Part shown: piece after piece, positions 27,137 to 36,650 of the stretch
Position numbering within the stretch: position 1 is the first letter of the stretch
Layout: the number at the start of each line of letters is the position of its first letter
NCBI GenBank assembly: GCA_964491475.1
Contig: CAZBFO010000003.1
Coordinates: 136,766 to 200,765 of the forward strand
DNA: 64,000 nucleotides
Direction: 5' to 3'
Origin: an uncultured Gammaproteobacteria bacterium
GTDB lineage: Bacteria > Patescibacteriota > Patescibacteriia > SG8-24
Position numbers and translations under genes: made by a program
Notes under the pieces: generated by a model
What the model saw: only the letters and a program-made list of their open reading frames with translations
Told to the model about the DNA's origin: nothing
Databases searched by the model: none

Positions 27137-28201
27137 TCACTGCAGCGTGACGTACAGCGGGTTGGTCCAAGCCCACTTGCGGTTGGGGCAGCGGACACGG
27201 GCGCGGACGTACCGTTCGGCTCCGGTCGCTTTGTAGCGGGACTCCGTCACTCCGCGCTCCGTCAGCGCGACTTCGCCGTCCTTGATGACGTAGTCGACGT
27301 CGCAGCTCTTGGGCAGCGTCACGATGACCTGCGGTCCGTCGACGGAGACGGAGCTGACCAGTGCGCCGCTGCTGGCGTAGAAGTTGCCGGCCTTGAGGTT
27401 GGCCATGATGTCCTCGCGCGTCTGGCGGTCCGCGAAGACGTTGACCGAAGCCGTCATGCAGTACGCCGAGCGCACGTCGTGGCAGTCGTCGACGGCCGTA
27501 AGGAAGGTGCGTTTGCCATGCGAGAGCAGGTAGTCGATGCGCGGTTCGGCGTTGTTGTTGGAGTCGTCGTCGCTGGCGTTCCAGACTTCGACGGCGTCGT
27601 AGTCGTGCACCTTGAGCAGCTCCAGGTCGGACCAGCAGGGGTCCTTGGGATAGCTGCCCGGCCAATCCGGGTGGTTGATCTGCACGAACCCGTCCTCGCT
27701 GCGCGACCGGTCGATGACTTCCTGCGGCCTGGCCTCGCCGACGGCGAAGGTCTTGGCGCCGATGCGGTTCTCGTGATGGCAGCGCAGGCGATCGTCGCCG
27801 CTCTGCCAGTTGTTCTCGACGCTCTGGATGAAGACGATGCCCGGCACGCCGGGGTCGGCGGTGATCCAGTTGTGGTCGGTGATGCCGATGAAGCCGTAGC
27901 CCGCCTTCTTGTAGGCGGCCACCACCTGGGCTGGCGGCTGGGTGCCGTCGGAATTGGTGGTGTGGGCGTGCAGCTGGCCGCGGTACATGTCGGCCTTGGG
28001 CCGGTACGGCGACTCGATCACGGCCTTGAGAGGGCCGCGCGGCTGCGCCGGAGGCGGAACCGTCGCTTGCTGCGCCGGGACCGGCGCAGTCTCGGGCTTG
28101 GTCGTTTCCTTATGCGCGCGGGCGGCGAGCAGCGCCAACGCACTCAAGATGGCCACGAACAGCGCGAGGAACGCGAGGCCCCTCATTTGATTTTGATTCA
28201 C
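27137..28201 (-). CDS. Secreted/anchored PHP-domain metallohydrolase (CehA/McbA-like)
   Basis: LHAHTTNSDG, ITDHN, NHP, EVWN, DDCH; N-terminal TM; GTG start after AAGGAG. Confidence 0.82.
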   Translation of the reverse strand: MNQNQMRGLAFLALFVAILSALALLAARAHKETTKPETAPVPAQQATVPPPAQPRGPLKAVIESPYRPKADMYRGQLHAHTTNSDGTQPPAQVVAAYKKAGYGFIGITDHNWITADPGVPGIVFIQSVENNWQSGDDRLRCHHENRIGAKTFAVGEARPQEVIDRSRSEDGFVQINHPDWPGSYPKDPCWSDLELLKVHDYDAVEVWNASDDDSNNNAEPRIDYLLSHGKRTFLTAVDDCHDVRSAYCMTASVNVFADRQTREDIMANLKAGNFYASSGALVSSVSVDGPQVIVTLPKSCDVDYVIKDGEVALTERGVTESRYKATGAERYVRARVRCPNRKWAWTNPLYVTLQ

Positions 28202-28347
28202 CGTACTTGCTCCTTCGGCGTACTGCCGAATTGGGGGAAAGGGCGATCCGTGCCGTGGCACGGGACGCGGGCATTCCAACAGAAATCGGCGCTTCGGTCA
28301 ATCATGGCATGGAAACAAAAAGCGGCCATGCTGGCCGCGAAGGAACG

Positions 28348-29157
28348 TCAGGCGTTCGGGTCGGTGGTGCTGTCGAAAAGCTTCGTCGCTGATGCTTCTA
28401 TGAAGCCTTCGAACAGTATGCCGCCGGGCATCGGGTATCGTTTGGCGAACTCGTAGTAGCACGCCGGAATGTCGCGCGCGCCGTCCGAGAAGCGGACGGG
28501 CACCGGTGCCGCCAACGTCGAGGATTGCTCCAGCAGCTGCGCGGGCGAACCTTTGACCTCGCCGCCCGACGAGTTCAGCGCGTGGCCGTTGGCCTTGAGG
28601 AAACGGTTGAGCGCGAAGATGTCCTGCATCTGCGGAAGGCGATGCACTGCCACCGTGAAGTGGTTGGCACGGTAGCCGAATGCGGCGACCCAGGCGGCGT
28701 ATTCCGACTCAAGCCGCAGCCGTTCGTAAGTGCCGTGCGTGACAGCGGGCCACGGCGTCCCGGACCACAGGAACTCCTGCCGCTGCACCAGGTTCGCAGG
28801 GAAGCTGTCGATCAGCTGCCGGACGGCGTACTGGAAGCCGGTGGAGAACGCGTCCGTTCGCAGCTGGCTGATGAACACCTTCGGCAGGGCCGCGTACGGC
28901 GGGTCGAGGTGGATGGCGACTGCCCGCTTTTCGGGCAGGTCGTAGTCGCCGCCGTGCCTGTAGCCGAGGCGAATGAAGTGGTAGGCGATCAGTTCCATGC
29001 GCACTTCCGGCAAATCGAAGGTGCGGAAGGCGACATGATCGTTGGGCACCTCGCCGCAGGCGCGCAGCAAGAGGTCATGGACCTCGCGGGCGCGGGGGTT
29101 CAGGTCGGCGTAGTCCGCCCAAAGGCGCTCGAGAAGCAGTTCGATGGCATGCATCAT
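28348..29157 (-). CDS. DUF1338 family (2-oxoadipate dioxygenase/decarboxylase-like)
   Basis: NDHVAFRTF, PKVFIS, ESEYAAW, NHFT, GGEVKGSP..LEQSST, YYEFAKRY. Confidence 0.85.
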   Translation of the reverse strand: MMHAIELLLERLWADYADLNPRAREVHDLLLRACGEVPNDHVAFRTFDLPEVRMELIAYHFIRLGYRHGGDYDLPEKRAVAIHLDPPYAALPKVFISQLRTDAFSTGFQYAVRQLIDSFPANLVQRQEFLWSGTPWPAVTHGTYERLRLESEYAAWVAAFGYRANHFTVAVHRLPQMQDIFALNRFLKANGHALNSSGGEVKGSPAQLLEQSSTLAAPVPVRFSDGARDIPACYYEFAKRYPMPGGILFEGFIEASATKLFDSTTDPNA

Positions 29158-29302
29158 GACGTCTCCGTGTCTGAAAAAGGGCGACTCCTGGATGCAACGT
29201 AAGGCAAGACGGGCGATTTTGCAACATTCCGCGGGCGCGGTGCGGCCGCATTGCCAAATGACTGCCGAGCAGCTATATTTAGGTTTCCGAACTATCTCCA
29301 CT

Positions 29303-31072
29303 ATGGCCGAAAAGAATCCGACTGCGACCGCACCGCACGAAGCAGCGCCGAAGCCGAAAGGCCGAGGCCTTTTTTCGCTGCTCAAGCCGTATCGCGGCAC
29401 GGTCGCGTTGCTGGTGTGCCTGACCGTCGCCGCCAACGGGCTCGGCCTGGCGCTGCCCAAGATCGTCGCGGCGGCCATCGACGATTACGGCCGCGGCGGC
29501 GGCGTCGAGCCGAAGGTGGCCGCGTTTCTGGTCATCGCCGTCCTGGTCTTCGCGCTGACCTACCTGCAGAACGTGGTGCAGACCTACGCGTCCGAACGGG
29601 TGGCGCTCGACCTTCGCCGGCAGCTGGCCGCCAAGATTTCCGAGCACGAGTACGCCTACATTCAGAAGGTCACGCCCGCCAAGCTGCTCACCAACCTCAC
29701 CTCCGACGTCGACGCGGTCAAGTCGTTCGTGGCCCAGGCCATCGCCTCGATCATCTCGTCGCTGTTCCTGATCTTCGGCGCCAGCGCGCTGCTGCTCTAC
29801 ACCAATTGGAAGCTGGCAGTGCCGGTGCTGGCCGCGGTGCCGTTCATTGCCGCGCTCTTTTCGGTGGTGCTCGGCAAGGTCCGCAAGCTGTTCCGCAAAG
29901 TGCAGGAGGCCATCGACTGGCTGAACCGCGTCATCAACGAGAGCGTCTTCGGCGCCGCGCTGGTGCGCCTGCAGAACTCGCAGCAGTTCGAGTTCCAGAA
30001 GTTCCTGGACGCCAACGCCCGGGCGCGCGACATCGGCATGGGCATTTTGCGCCTGTTCGCCACGCTGATTCCCGTCGTCACGCTTGCTTCCAACTTGGCT
30101 TCGCTGGCGATTTTGCTGCTCGGCGGCCACTTCGTCATCGGCGGTTCGATGTCGCTGGGCGACTTCACCGCCTTCAACAGCTACCTGGCCATCCTCATCT
30201 TCCCGATATTCGTCATCGGCTTCATGAGCAACATCATCGCCCAGGCGCAGGCGTCGTACGGGCGCGTGGCCGAGGTGCTGCACAGCGAGGTCACCAAGGT
30301 GACCGGCGCGGCGCAGGCAGCCGCCGGCGGCGACCTGGCCCTCAAGAACGTCACCGTCATCTTCGGCAATCGCAGCGCCCTCAAGGACGTCTCGATGACC
30401 GTGAAGGCCGGCACCCGTACGGCCATCATCGGTCCGACCGCTGCGGGCAAGACCCAGCTGCTGTACCTGCTCACCGGCCTGCTCGCGCCCACTTCCGGCA
30501 CCGTCGAATACGGCGGCAGGAACGTCACCGACTACGACCCCGTCAGCCTGCACAGGCAGATCGGTTTCGTCTTTCAGGACAGCATCATCTTCAACCTGAC
30601 GGTGCGCGAGAACATCGCCTTCAGCGCCGCCGTGAGCGACGCCGACCTGGCCAAGGCCGTCGCCACCGCCGAACTGACCGACTTCATCGAGACGCTGCCG
30701 CAGAAGCTGGACACGGTGGTGTCCGAGAGGGGAACCAGCTTGTCCGGCGGGCAGAAGCAGCGCATCATGCTGGCGCGCGCCCTGGCGCTGAACCCCAGCG
30801 TGCTGCTGCTCGACGACTTCACCGCCCGCGTCGACACGCGTACCGAAAAGAAGATACTGGAGAACGTCCGTCGCAATTACCCGGGCATCACTTTGCTTTC
30901 CGTCACCCAGAAGGTCGCCACCATCGAGGATTACGACCAGATCGTGGTGCTGATGGAGGGCGACCTGCTGGCCGCCGGCACCCACGAGCAGCTGATGAAG
31001 ACCTCGCACGACTACGTGCTGATTCACGACTCGCAGCGCAGCACCAACGCCTATGAACTACACGTTGAGTAA
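29303..31072 (+). CDS. ABC exporter, fused TMD-NBD, subunit 1 (degenerate site)
   Basis: GPTAAGKT, LSGGQKQR, LLLDD. Confidence 0.9.
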   Translation: MAEKNPTATAPHEAAPKPKGRGLFSLLKPYRGTVALLVCLTVAANGLGLALPKIVAAAIDDYGRGGGVEPKVAAFLVIAVLVFALTYLQNVVQTYASERVALDLRRQLAAKISEHEYAYIQKVTPAKLLTNLTSDVDAVKSFVAQAIASIISSLFLIFGASALLLYTNWKLAVPVLAAVPFIAALFSVVLGKVRKLFRKVQEAIDWLNRVINESVFGAALVRLQNSQQFEFQKFLDANARARDIGMGILRLFATLIPVVTLASNLASLAILLLGGHFVIGGSMSLGDFTAFNSYLAILIFPIFVIGFMSNIIAQAQASYGRVAEVLHSEVTKVTGAAQAAAGGDLALKNVTVIFGNRSALKDVSMTVKAGTRTAIIGPTAAGKTQLLYLLTGLLAPTSGTVEYGGRNVTDYDPVSLHRQIGFVFQDSIIFNLTVRENIAFSAAVSDADLAKAVATAELTDFIETLPQKLDTVVSERGTSLSGGQKQRIMLARALALNPSVLLLDDFTARVDTRTEKKILENVRRNYPGITLLSVTQKVATIEDYDQIVVLMEGDLLAAGTHEQLMKTSHDYVLIHDSQRSTNAYELHVE

Positions 31073-32810
31073 GCCTTCCGGGCCGGCCGCACCCTCGTCG
31101 GGCTGGTCCGCGTTCAAGCGCTTGCTTCCGCTCCTCAAGGGCGAGAAGCGCGATTTGGCGTTGGCTGCGGCGACGGTGCTGATCGGCGCCGGCGGCACTT
31201 TGGCCGCGCCGTACATCATCGGCCGCACCGTCGACGGCGCCATCCGCGACAGGAACTTCAACGGCGTACTGCTGTCTGCGGTGCTGCTGCTCGCCATCTA
31301 CCTGGTGACCATGGTGGCCAACTACGTCCAGACCATCTGCATGGGCAAGGTCGGCCGTCATCTCCTGTTCAGCCTGCGCAACCTGCTGTTCAGCAAGCTC
31401 CAGGAGCTGCCGGTGGCCTTCTTCAACCAGAACAAGTCCGGCGACCTGATTTCGCGCATCAACAACGACACCGAAAAGCTGAACCAGTTCTTCGCGCAGA
31501 GCATCGTGCAGTTCACCCGCAGCTTCTTCATGATGCTGGGCACGGGCGTGTTCCTGCTGGCGCTCAATCCCAGGCTGGGCGCGGCGGCATTAGCTCCGGC
31601 GCTGGGCGTGCTGCTGCTCACGCAGGCGCTTTCACCGTGGGTGAAGAGCAAGAACCAGCGCAGCCTGCAGACCGTCGGCGGCATGAGCGCCGAGATTCAG
31701 GAGAGCTTGAGCAACTTCAAGGTCATCGTGGCCTTCAACCGCCTCGACTACTTCCGTGAAAAGTTCAACCAAGTCAACGAGCAGAACTTCACTTCTTCCG
31801 TGGGGGCCGGATTGGCCAACGGCATCTTCGTTCCCGTCTACGGCCTCGCCTCCAGCGTGGCGCAAGTCGTGGTGCTGGCCTACGGCATCGCGCTGATCGC
31901 CTCCGGCCACCTCACCGTCGGCTTGCTCATCGGTTTCCTGCTGTACGTCGACAACTTCTACATGCCGCTGCGCCAGGTGGCCGCCATCTGGTCGTTCTTC
32001 CAGCTGGCCATGGCCGCGGTGGACCGCATCTCCGAAGTGCTGGCCATGGAATCCGACATGAGCGTGATCCCCGCCGAACCCGTCGACTCGTCGGCCGTGC
32101 TGGAGTTCCGTGACGTCTCTTTCCGCTACGACGACGGCAAGGACGTGCTGCGCCACGTGCACTTCGCGCTGGAGGCCGGCAAGACTTACGCGCTGGTCGG
32201 TCCCACCGGCGGCGGCAAGACCACCACCGCCTCGCTGATGGCCCGCCTGTACGACCCGTCGGAAGGCGTGGTGCTGCTCGGTGGTCGCGACATCCGTTCC
32301 TACGCGCCCGAGGAACGCACCAAGAAGGTCGGTTTCATCCTGCAGGAGCCGTTCCTCTTTTCGGGCAGCATCCTCGACAACGTCTTCTACGGCCACACCG
32401 GTTTCGTAGGCAGCAGCGACGAGCAGAAGATCGCGGCCGTCAAGGAAGCCGGACTCGGCGGCCTGCTGGATCGCTTCGGCCGCGGTCTCGACACGCGGAT
32501 AGAGACCGGCGGCGAGAGCGTCAGCCTCGGTCAGCGCCAGCTGATCGCCTTCATGCGCGCCGTGCTCCGCAAGCCGGAGTTCCTGGTGCTCGACGAGGCC
32601 ACCGCCAACATCGACACCGTCACCGAGCAGCTGCTCGAAGAGACGCTCCGCGCCCTGCCCAAGACCACCACCAAGGTGATCATCGCCCACCGCCTCAACA
32701 CCATCGAGAACGCCGACGAGATTTTCTTCGTGAACGGCGGCGAACTGATGCGCGCAGGTTCGTTGCAAAATGCCGTGGATCTGCTGATGAAAGGGAAGCG
32801 GGAGAGCTAG
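31053..32810 (+). CDS. ABC exporter, fused TMD-NBD, subunit 2
   Basis: GPTGGGKTT, SLGQRQL, LDEATAN, IAHRL; overlaps its partner, consistent with a heterodimer. Confidence 0.9.
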   Translation: MNYTLSKPSGPAAPSSGWSAFKRLLPLLKGEKRDLALAAATVLIGAGGTLAAPYIIGRTVDGAIRDRNFNGVLLSAVLLLAIYLVTMVANYVQTICMGKVGRHLLFSLRNLLFSKLQELPVAFFNQNKSGDLISRINNDTEKLNQFFAQSIVQFTRSFFMMLGTGVFLLALNPRLGAAALAPALGVLLLTQALSPWVKSKNQRSLQTVGGMSAEIQESLSNFKVIVAFNRLDYFREKFNQVNEQNFTSSVGAGLANGIFVPVYGLASSVAQVVVLAYGIALIASGHLTVGLLIGFLLYVDNFYMPLRQVAAIWSFFQLAMAAVDRISEVLAMESDMSVIPAEPVDSSAVLEFRDVSFRYDDGKDVLRHVHFALEAGKTYALVGPTGGGKTTTASLMARLYDPSEGVVLLGGRDIRSYAPEERTKKVGFILQEPFLFSGSILDNVFYGHTGFVGSSDEQKIAAVKEAGLGGLLDRFGRGLDTRIETGGESVSLGQRQLIAFMRAVLRKPEFLVLDEATANIDTVTEQLLEETLRALPKTTTKVIIAHRLNTIENADEIFFVNGGELMRAGSLQNAVDLLMKGKRES

Positions 32811-32900
32811 CTTCGGATTGACTTTCGGCCTCCCCCGGGCTTCACTACCCGCGTTCCGCCTTTCGCGGGACCGTTCCTTTCCCACGCAAGGAGTGCATCA

Positions 32901-34376
32901 ATGTCGCAGGCAAGCGAAACCCCGTCCCGCCAGATTTTGTCGCGGACGCCGATTGACGGAACCGTCATCGGCTACGTGACTGTCCGTCCGCGGGAGGAGT
33001 GCCCCGATGCAGTGGCAGCCGCGCAACGGGCATTTGAGCAGTGGCGGACGGTTCCTGCCCCCAAAAGAGGGGAGCTGATCCGTCATTTTGGCGAAGTGCT
33101 GCGTGAACATAAGCACGAGCTCGGCACGCTCATCTCCAGGGAAACCGGCAAGATCCTGCCGGAAGGCCTGGGCGAAGTGCAGGAGATGATCGACATCTGC
33201 GAATTCGCGGTCGGCCTCTCGCGGCAGCTGTACGGCCTGACCATCGCCTCGGAGCGGCCAGGGCACGTGATGCTCGAACAGTGGCACCCTCTCGGTCCGA
33301 TCCTGGTGATCAGCGCCTTCAACTTTCCGGCGGCGGTCTGGGCCTGGAACGCGGCTCTGGCCGTCGTCTGCGGCAATCCCGTCATCTGGAAGCCGTCAGA
33401 GCTGGCTCCGCTCACTGCGGAAACCTGCCAACACCTGTTTGCCCTCGCCAAAAAGCGCTTTCAGGGGACCGTCCCCTCGAACCTTTCGCAAGTGGTGCAG
33501 GGGGGAAGGGAGCATGCCGCAGCCCTGACCGCCGATTCGCGCGTGCGTTTGGTCTCGGCCACCGGCAGTTGCGACATGGGGCGGGCAATCAGGCGACTGG
33601 TCGCCGACGATCTCGGCAAGCGCTGCCTGCTCGAGCTCGGCGGCAACAACGCCATGATCGTCGCGCCCAGCGCCGACCTGGATTTGGCACTCCGGGCCAT
33701 CGTCTTCAGCGCAGTCGGCACTGCCGGCCAGCGCTGCACCACGCTGCGGCGCCTGTTCGTCCACGAAAGCGTTCGCGGAAAGCTGCTGCCCCGGCTGGTC
33801 GAGGCGTATCGGTCGCTGCGCGTCGGCAACCCGTTGGAGGAGGGCGTGCTGGTCGGCCCGCTTCGTACGCAGGCGGCTTATTCGTCCTTCCGATCGGCGA
33901 TCTTCAACGCCCAGCGCGAAGGCGGCCGGCTGCTGGTCGGCGGAACCGACGTGTTGCCGGAAATGACCGAAACGTTCTACGTCCGTCCGGCAATCATCGA
34001 CATGCCGGTCCAGACGCAAGGCATGTTGCAGGAAACCTTTGCTCCGCTGCTGTACGTCATGAGCTATGCCGATCTCGGCGAGGCCATCGCCCTGCAGAAC
34101 GCGGCGCACCACGGCCTGTCGTCGTCGATTTTCACCAACGACGTGCGCGAGGAGTGGCAGTTCCTTTCGGCGGCCGGTTCCGACTGCGGCATCGCCAACG
34201 TCAACATCGGCCCTTCCGGTGCCGAAATCGGCGGCGCCTTCGGGGGCGAGAAAGATACCGGAGGCGGACGCGAGTCCGGCACCGATTCCTGGCGCAATTA
34301 CATGCGCCGGGCCACCAACACCGTCAATCATTCGCGCGAACTCCCGCTCGCGCAGGGCATCACCTTCGGTGAATGA
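32901..34376 (+). CDS. Aldehyde dehydrogenase, ALDH7/AmaB (piperideine-6-carboxylate dehydrogenase)-like
   Basis: GEVQEMIDICEFAVGLSRQL, SAFNFP, LELGGNN, GTAGQRCTT, GAEIGGAFGGEK.TGGGRESG. Confidence 0.92.
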   Translation: MSQASETPSRQILSRTPIDGTVIGYVTVRPREECPDAVAAAQRAFEQWRTVPAPKRGELIRHFGEVLREHKHELGTLISRETGKILPEGLGEVQEMIDICEFAVGLSRQLYGLTIASERPGHVMLEQWHPLGPILVISAFNFPAAVWAWNAALAVVCGNPVIWKPSELAPLTAETCQHLFALAKKRFQGTVPSNLSQVVQGGREHAAALTADSRVRLVSATGSCDMGRAIRRLVADDLGKRCLLELGGNNAMIVAPSADLDLALRAIVFSAVGTAGQRCTTLRRLFVHESVRGKLLPRLVEAYRSLRVGNPLEEGVLVGPLRTQAAYSSFRSAIFNAQREGGRLLVGGTDVLPEMTETFYVRPAIIDMPVQTQGMLQETFAPLLYVMSYADLGEAIALQNAAHHGLSSSIFTNDVREEWQFLSAAGSDCGIANVNIGPSGAEIGGAFGGEKDTGGGRESGTDSWRNYMRRATNTVNHSRELPLAQGITFGE

Positions 34377-34566
34377 CCCCGACTCGGCTTAGGGCCGAGT
34401 CTTTTTTATGAACGGCTATTTCGTCCACAGGCAATCTTGGGTAGGGAGGGAGGCTTGCGAAGGGTGTGGATAAATGGTATACTTACGGAGTAAACAAAAA
34501 TAAATAAAGCGTGTCTCGTTCCGCCAAAAGAAAGGCGAACGGCTTGGGCATGCGTAAAAACGCTCT

Positions 34567-35325
34567 ATGCAGCACGATTCTCTTTCCAAGGCAGAGCCGC
34601 AAAAGTCGTTGCCTCACCATGTCCATCCGCTGGTGGCTTGGACGGCAATCTTTAACTTCGCGCTGATTTTCAGCCTCGCGCCGACGATGATTTTGGCCCA
34701 GACTACCACTTCCGCGATGTCGGAGGGCAGTGAGGCCGTGGCCATGCGTCTGCCGGAATCGTCCAAGTTGGCTTATGCCCGCCACATCGCCATGGAGCAG
34801 GAGGGCGTGACGCCTTCCGATTCCCAGCATGGCAGCATGGAAGCTGACCGCAAGGGCGACCACAACAAGGGCGGCAAGGACATGGGCATGACGAAGAAGA
34901 TGGGCGACGGCGACACGGCGTCCTCGTGCGTCCGCAGCTGCCGAATCACCAAGTCCGATTGCACTCGCACCGCCGAGAGCAACGGTCCGGCCCTCCATGT
35001 CTGCTACGAGAAGTTCGCCAAGTGCATGGATGCCTGCGGCGTCAGCTTGGTCGCCGGCAGCAAGGGTGCCAAGTTCCTGATGTCCACCGGTCTCAAGGAT
35101 GCTGAACAGGCATATAAGGATGCGGCCGCCGCAGCCCGCAAGAAGCGCTCCGACGCCTTCAAGAAGGCGCAGGCGGACTTTGAGGCCGACATGAAGGCCG
35201 CGCAGGACGCTTTCAAGGCGGCGAAGGACGCCGCCAAGGCTGCAGCCAAGGAGACGTCCGCTTCCACCGACACGACCGGTACGACCACGGCCACCACGAC
35301 GACCGACAGCGGCAGCTCCAACTAA
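34567..35325 (+). CDS. Hypothetical secreted/anchored protein (Cys-rich segment, Ala/Lys coiled coil, Thr-rich tail)
   Basis: Hydrophobic N-terminal segment; CxxxC pairs; terminator hairpin after the stop. Confidence 0.65.
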   Translation: MQHDSLSKAEPQKSLPHHVHPLVAWTAIFNFALIFSLAPTMILAQTTTSAMSEGSEAVAMRLPESSKLAYARHIAMEQEGVTPSDSQHGSMEADRKGDHNKGGKDMGMTKKMGDGDTASSCVRSCRITKSDCTRTAESNGPALHVCYEKFAKCMDACGVSLVAGSKGAKFLMSTGLKDAEQAYKDAAAAARKKRSDAFKKAQADFEADMKAAQDAFKAAKDAAKAAAKETSASTDTTGTTTATTTTDSGSSN

Positions 35326-35529
35326 AGCTTTAACCAAAAGCGGCCCGAAGCTCATCGGGCCGCTTTTTCAGTTCTTGTATCGCTTCTCCCGGGCGTCCAC
35401 CCAGTACGGCATCGCAAAGAGGGAGGGAAAGGGTTGACGAACGGGAGAAAGCGTGGTAGGCATAGACGTTCGGGAAAGCCCATTTTTTGGCCTGGACACA
35501 GGTCGTTCACAACACAGAAAGGAAAAGCG

Positions 35530-36558
35530 ATGAGCGGAGGAAGTTACAGGGACTACGAAGGGTCGGTGGGAAAGGCCTACCGGGACTTGAACAGCGACGA
35601 TACGGCGGAGCGCGAACGCGCGGAACGAGCACGGATGTCGCGGCTCAACGAGGCCCGCAGCCGCATCGACCGCGGCGAGACAGCACCGCCTCCCGTCCGC
35701 GAGACGCGTGAGGTCTACGACCGGAAGCTGGCGAGGAACAAGATCACCGTGCCGTCTGCGAAGACCAAGAGCTTGCATGTCGTATTGATGGACAACTCCG
35801 GCTCAAACCAGAGGATCGCCGAGCACGCCAAGAAGAGCTCGGGCTACATGCTGTCCATCCTGGGCATCATCGACCCGACTTCGCAGATCGCCTTCGACTA
35901 CTTCAGCGACCACTGCGACGGCGACGGGCTGATGCAGGAGGTCGACTACGTCTCGCCGGGCGAGAAGGGCGACAAGATCATGCATTCGTCGATCGCCTGC
36001 GTCAGGCCGGCGGGCGGCGGCGACGCGCCCGAGGCCATCGAGTGCGCGTTGTGGTCGGCCTGCGAGTACGACTTCGGTCACGTGCAGGACCGCCACCTCT
36101 ACCTCGTTTCCGACGTGGTGGCCCACGGCATGGGGATGCGCGAAGACGACGGCTGTCCGGACGGCCGCGACTGGAAGGAGGCGCTGGCCCGCGTCCGGAA
36201 GACCTACCGTTCGTTCGAGGTCGTCGGCAGCGGCAGCGACACGCAGACGGCGAGGCTGCAGCATCAGTTCGTGGCCAAGGATCGCGTCGGGTTCGATTTC
36301 ATCGACCTGTCCGAGATTCCCACCCACGAGCATCGCTGCGGCATCACCGTCAACACGCTGCTGTTCCTGATCGCGCGGCGACGGGGAATGCAGTGCGTCG
36401 AGACCTTCCTGATGACGCTCTACGAGAAGTGGCTGACCGAGCCGATCTTCGGCGCAAACACCGACCTGGGAGCCCGCGAAGCCATCACGCGCTTCGTCCA
36501 GTTCCTGGAGGTCGACGAGCCGGCGCGGAAGAAGCTGCTCGAGCGCATCTTCGCCTGA
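35530..36558 (+). CDS. vWA-domain protein
   Basis: MIDAS-like VLMDNSGSN, FSDH, GGGDAPEA, LVSD. Confidence 0.75.
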   Translation: MSGGSYRDYEGSVGKAYRDLNSDDTAERERAERARMSRLNEARSRIDRGETAPPPVRETREVYDRKLARNKITVPSAKTKSLHVVLMDNSGSNQRIAEHAKKSSGYMLSILGIIDPTSQIAFDYFSDHCDGDGLMQEVDYVSPGEKGDKIMHSSIACVRPAGGGDAPEAIECALWSACEYDFGHVQDRHLYLVSDVVAHGMGMREDDGCPDGRDWKEALARVRKTYRSFEVVGSGSDTQTARLQHQFVAKDRVGFDFIDLSEIPTHEHRCGITVNTLLFLIARRRGMQCVETFLMTLYEKWLTEPIFGANTDLGAREAITRFVQFLEVDEPARKKLLERIFA

Positions 36559-36650
36559 CGGCGTCGCGGAATAGGCCGTGACGCACCTTGGCCGCGGCGA
36601 AAGTCGCGGCCGTTTTTTATCCCGGCAGTCATGCCAAGAAGGAGAAAGTC

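Noticed and set aside
35100-35325. Low-complexity Ala/Lys and Thr-rich repeats
   Set aside because: Explained by protein-level coiled coil and linker composition, not a DNA repeat element
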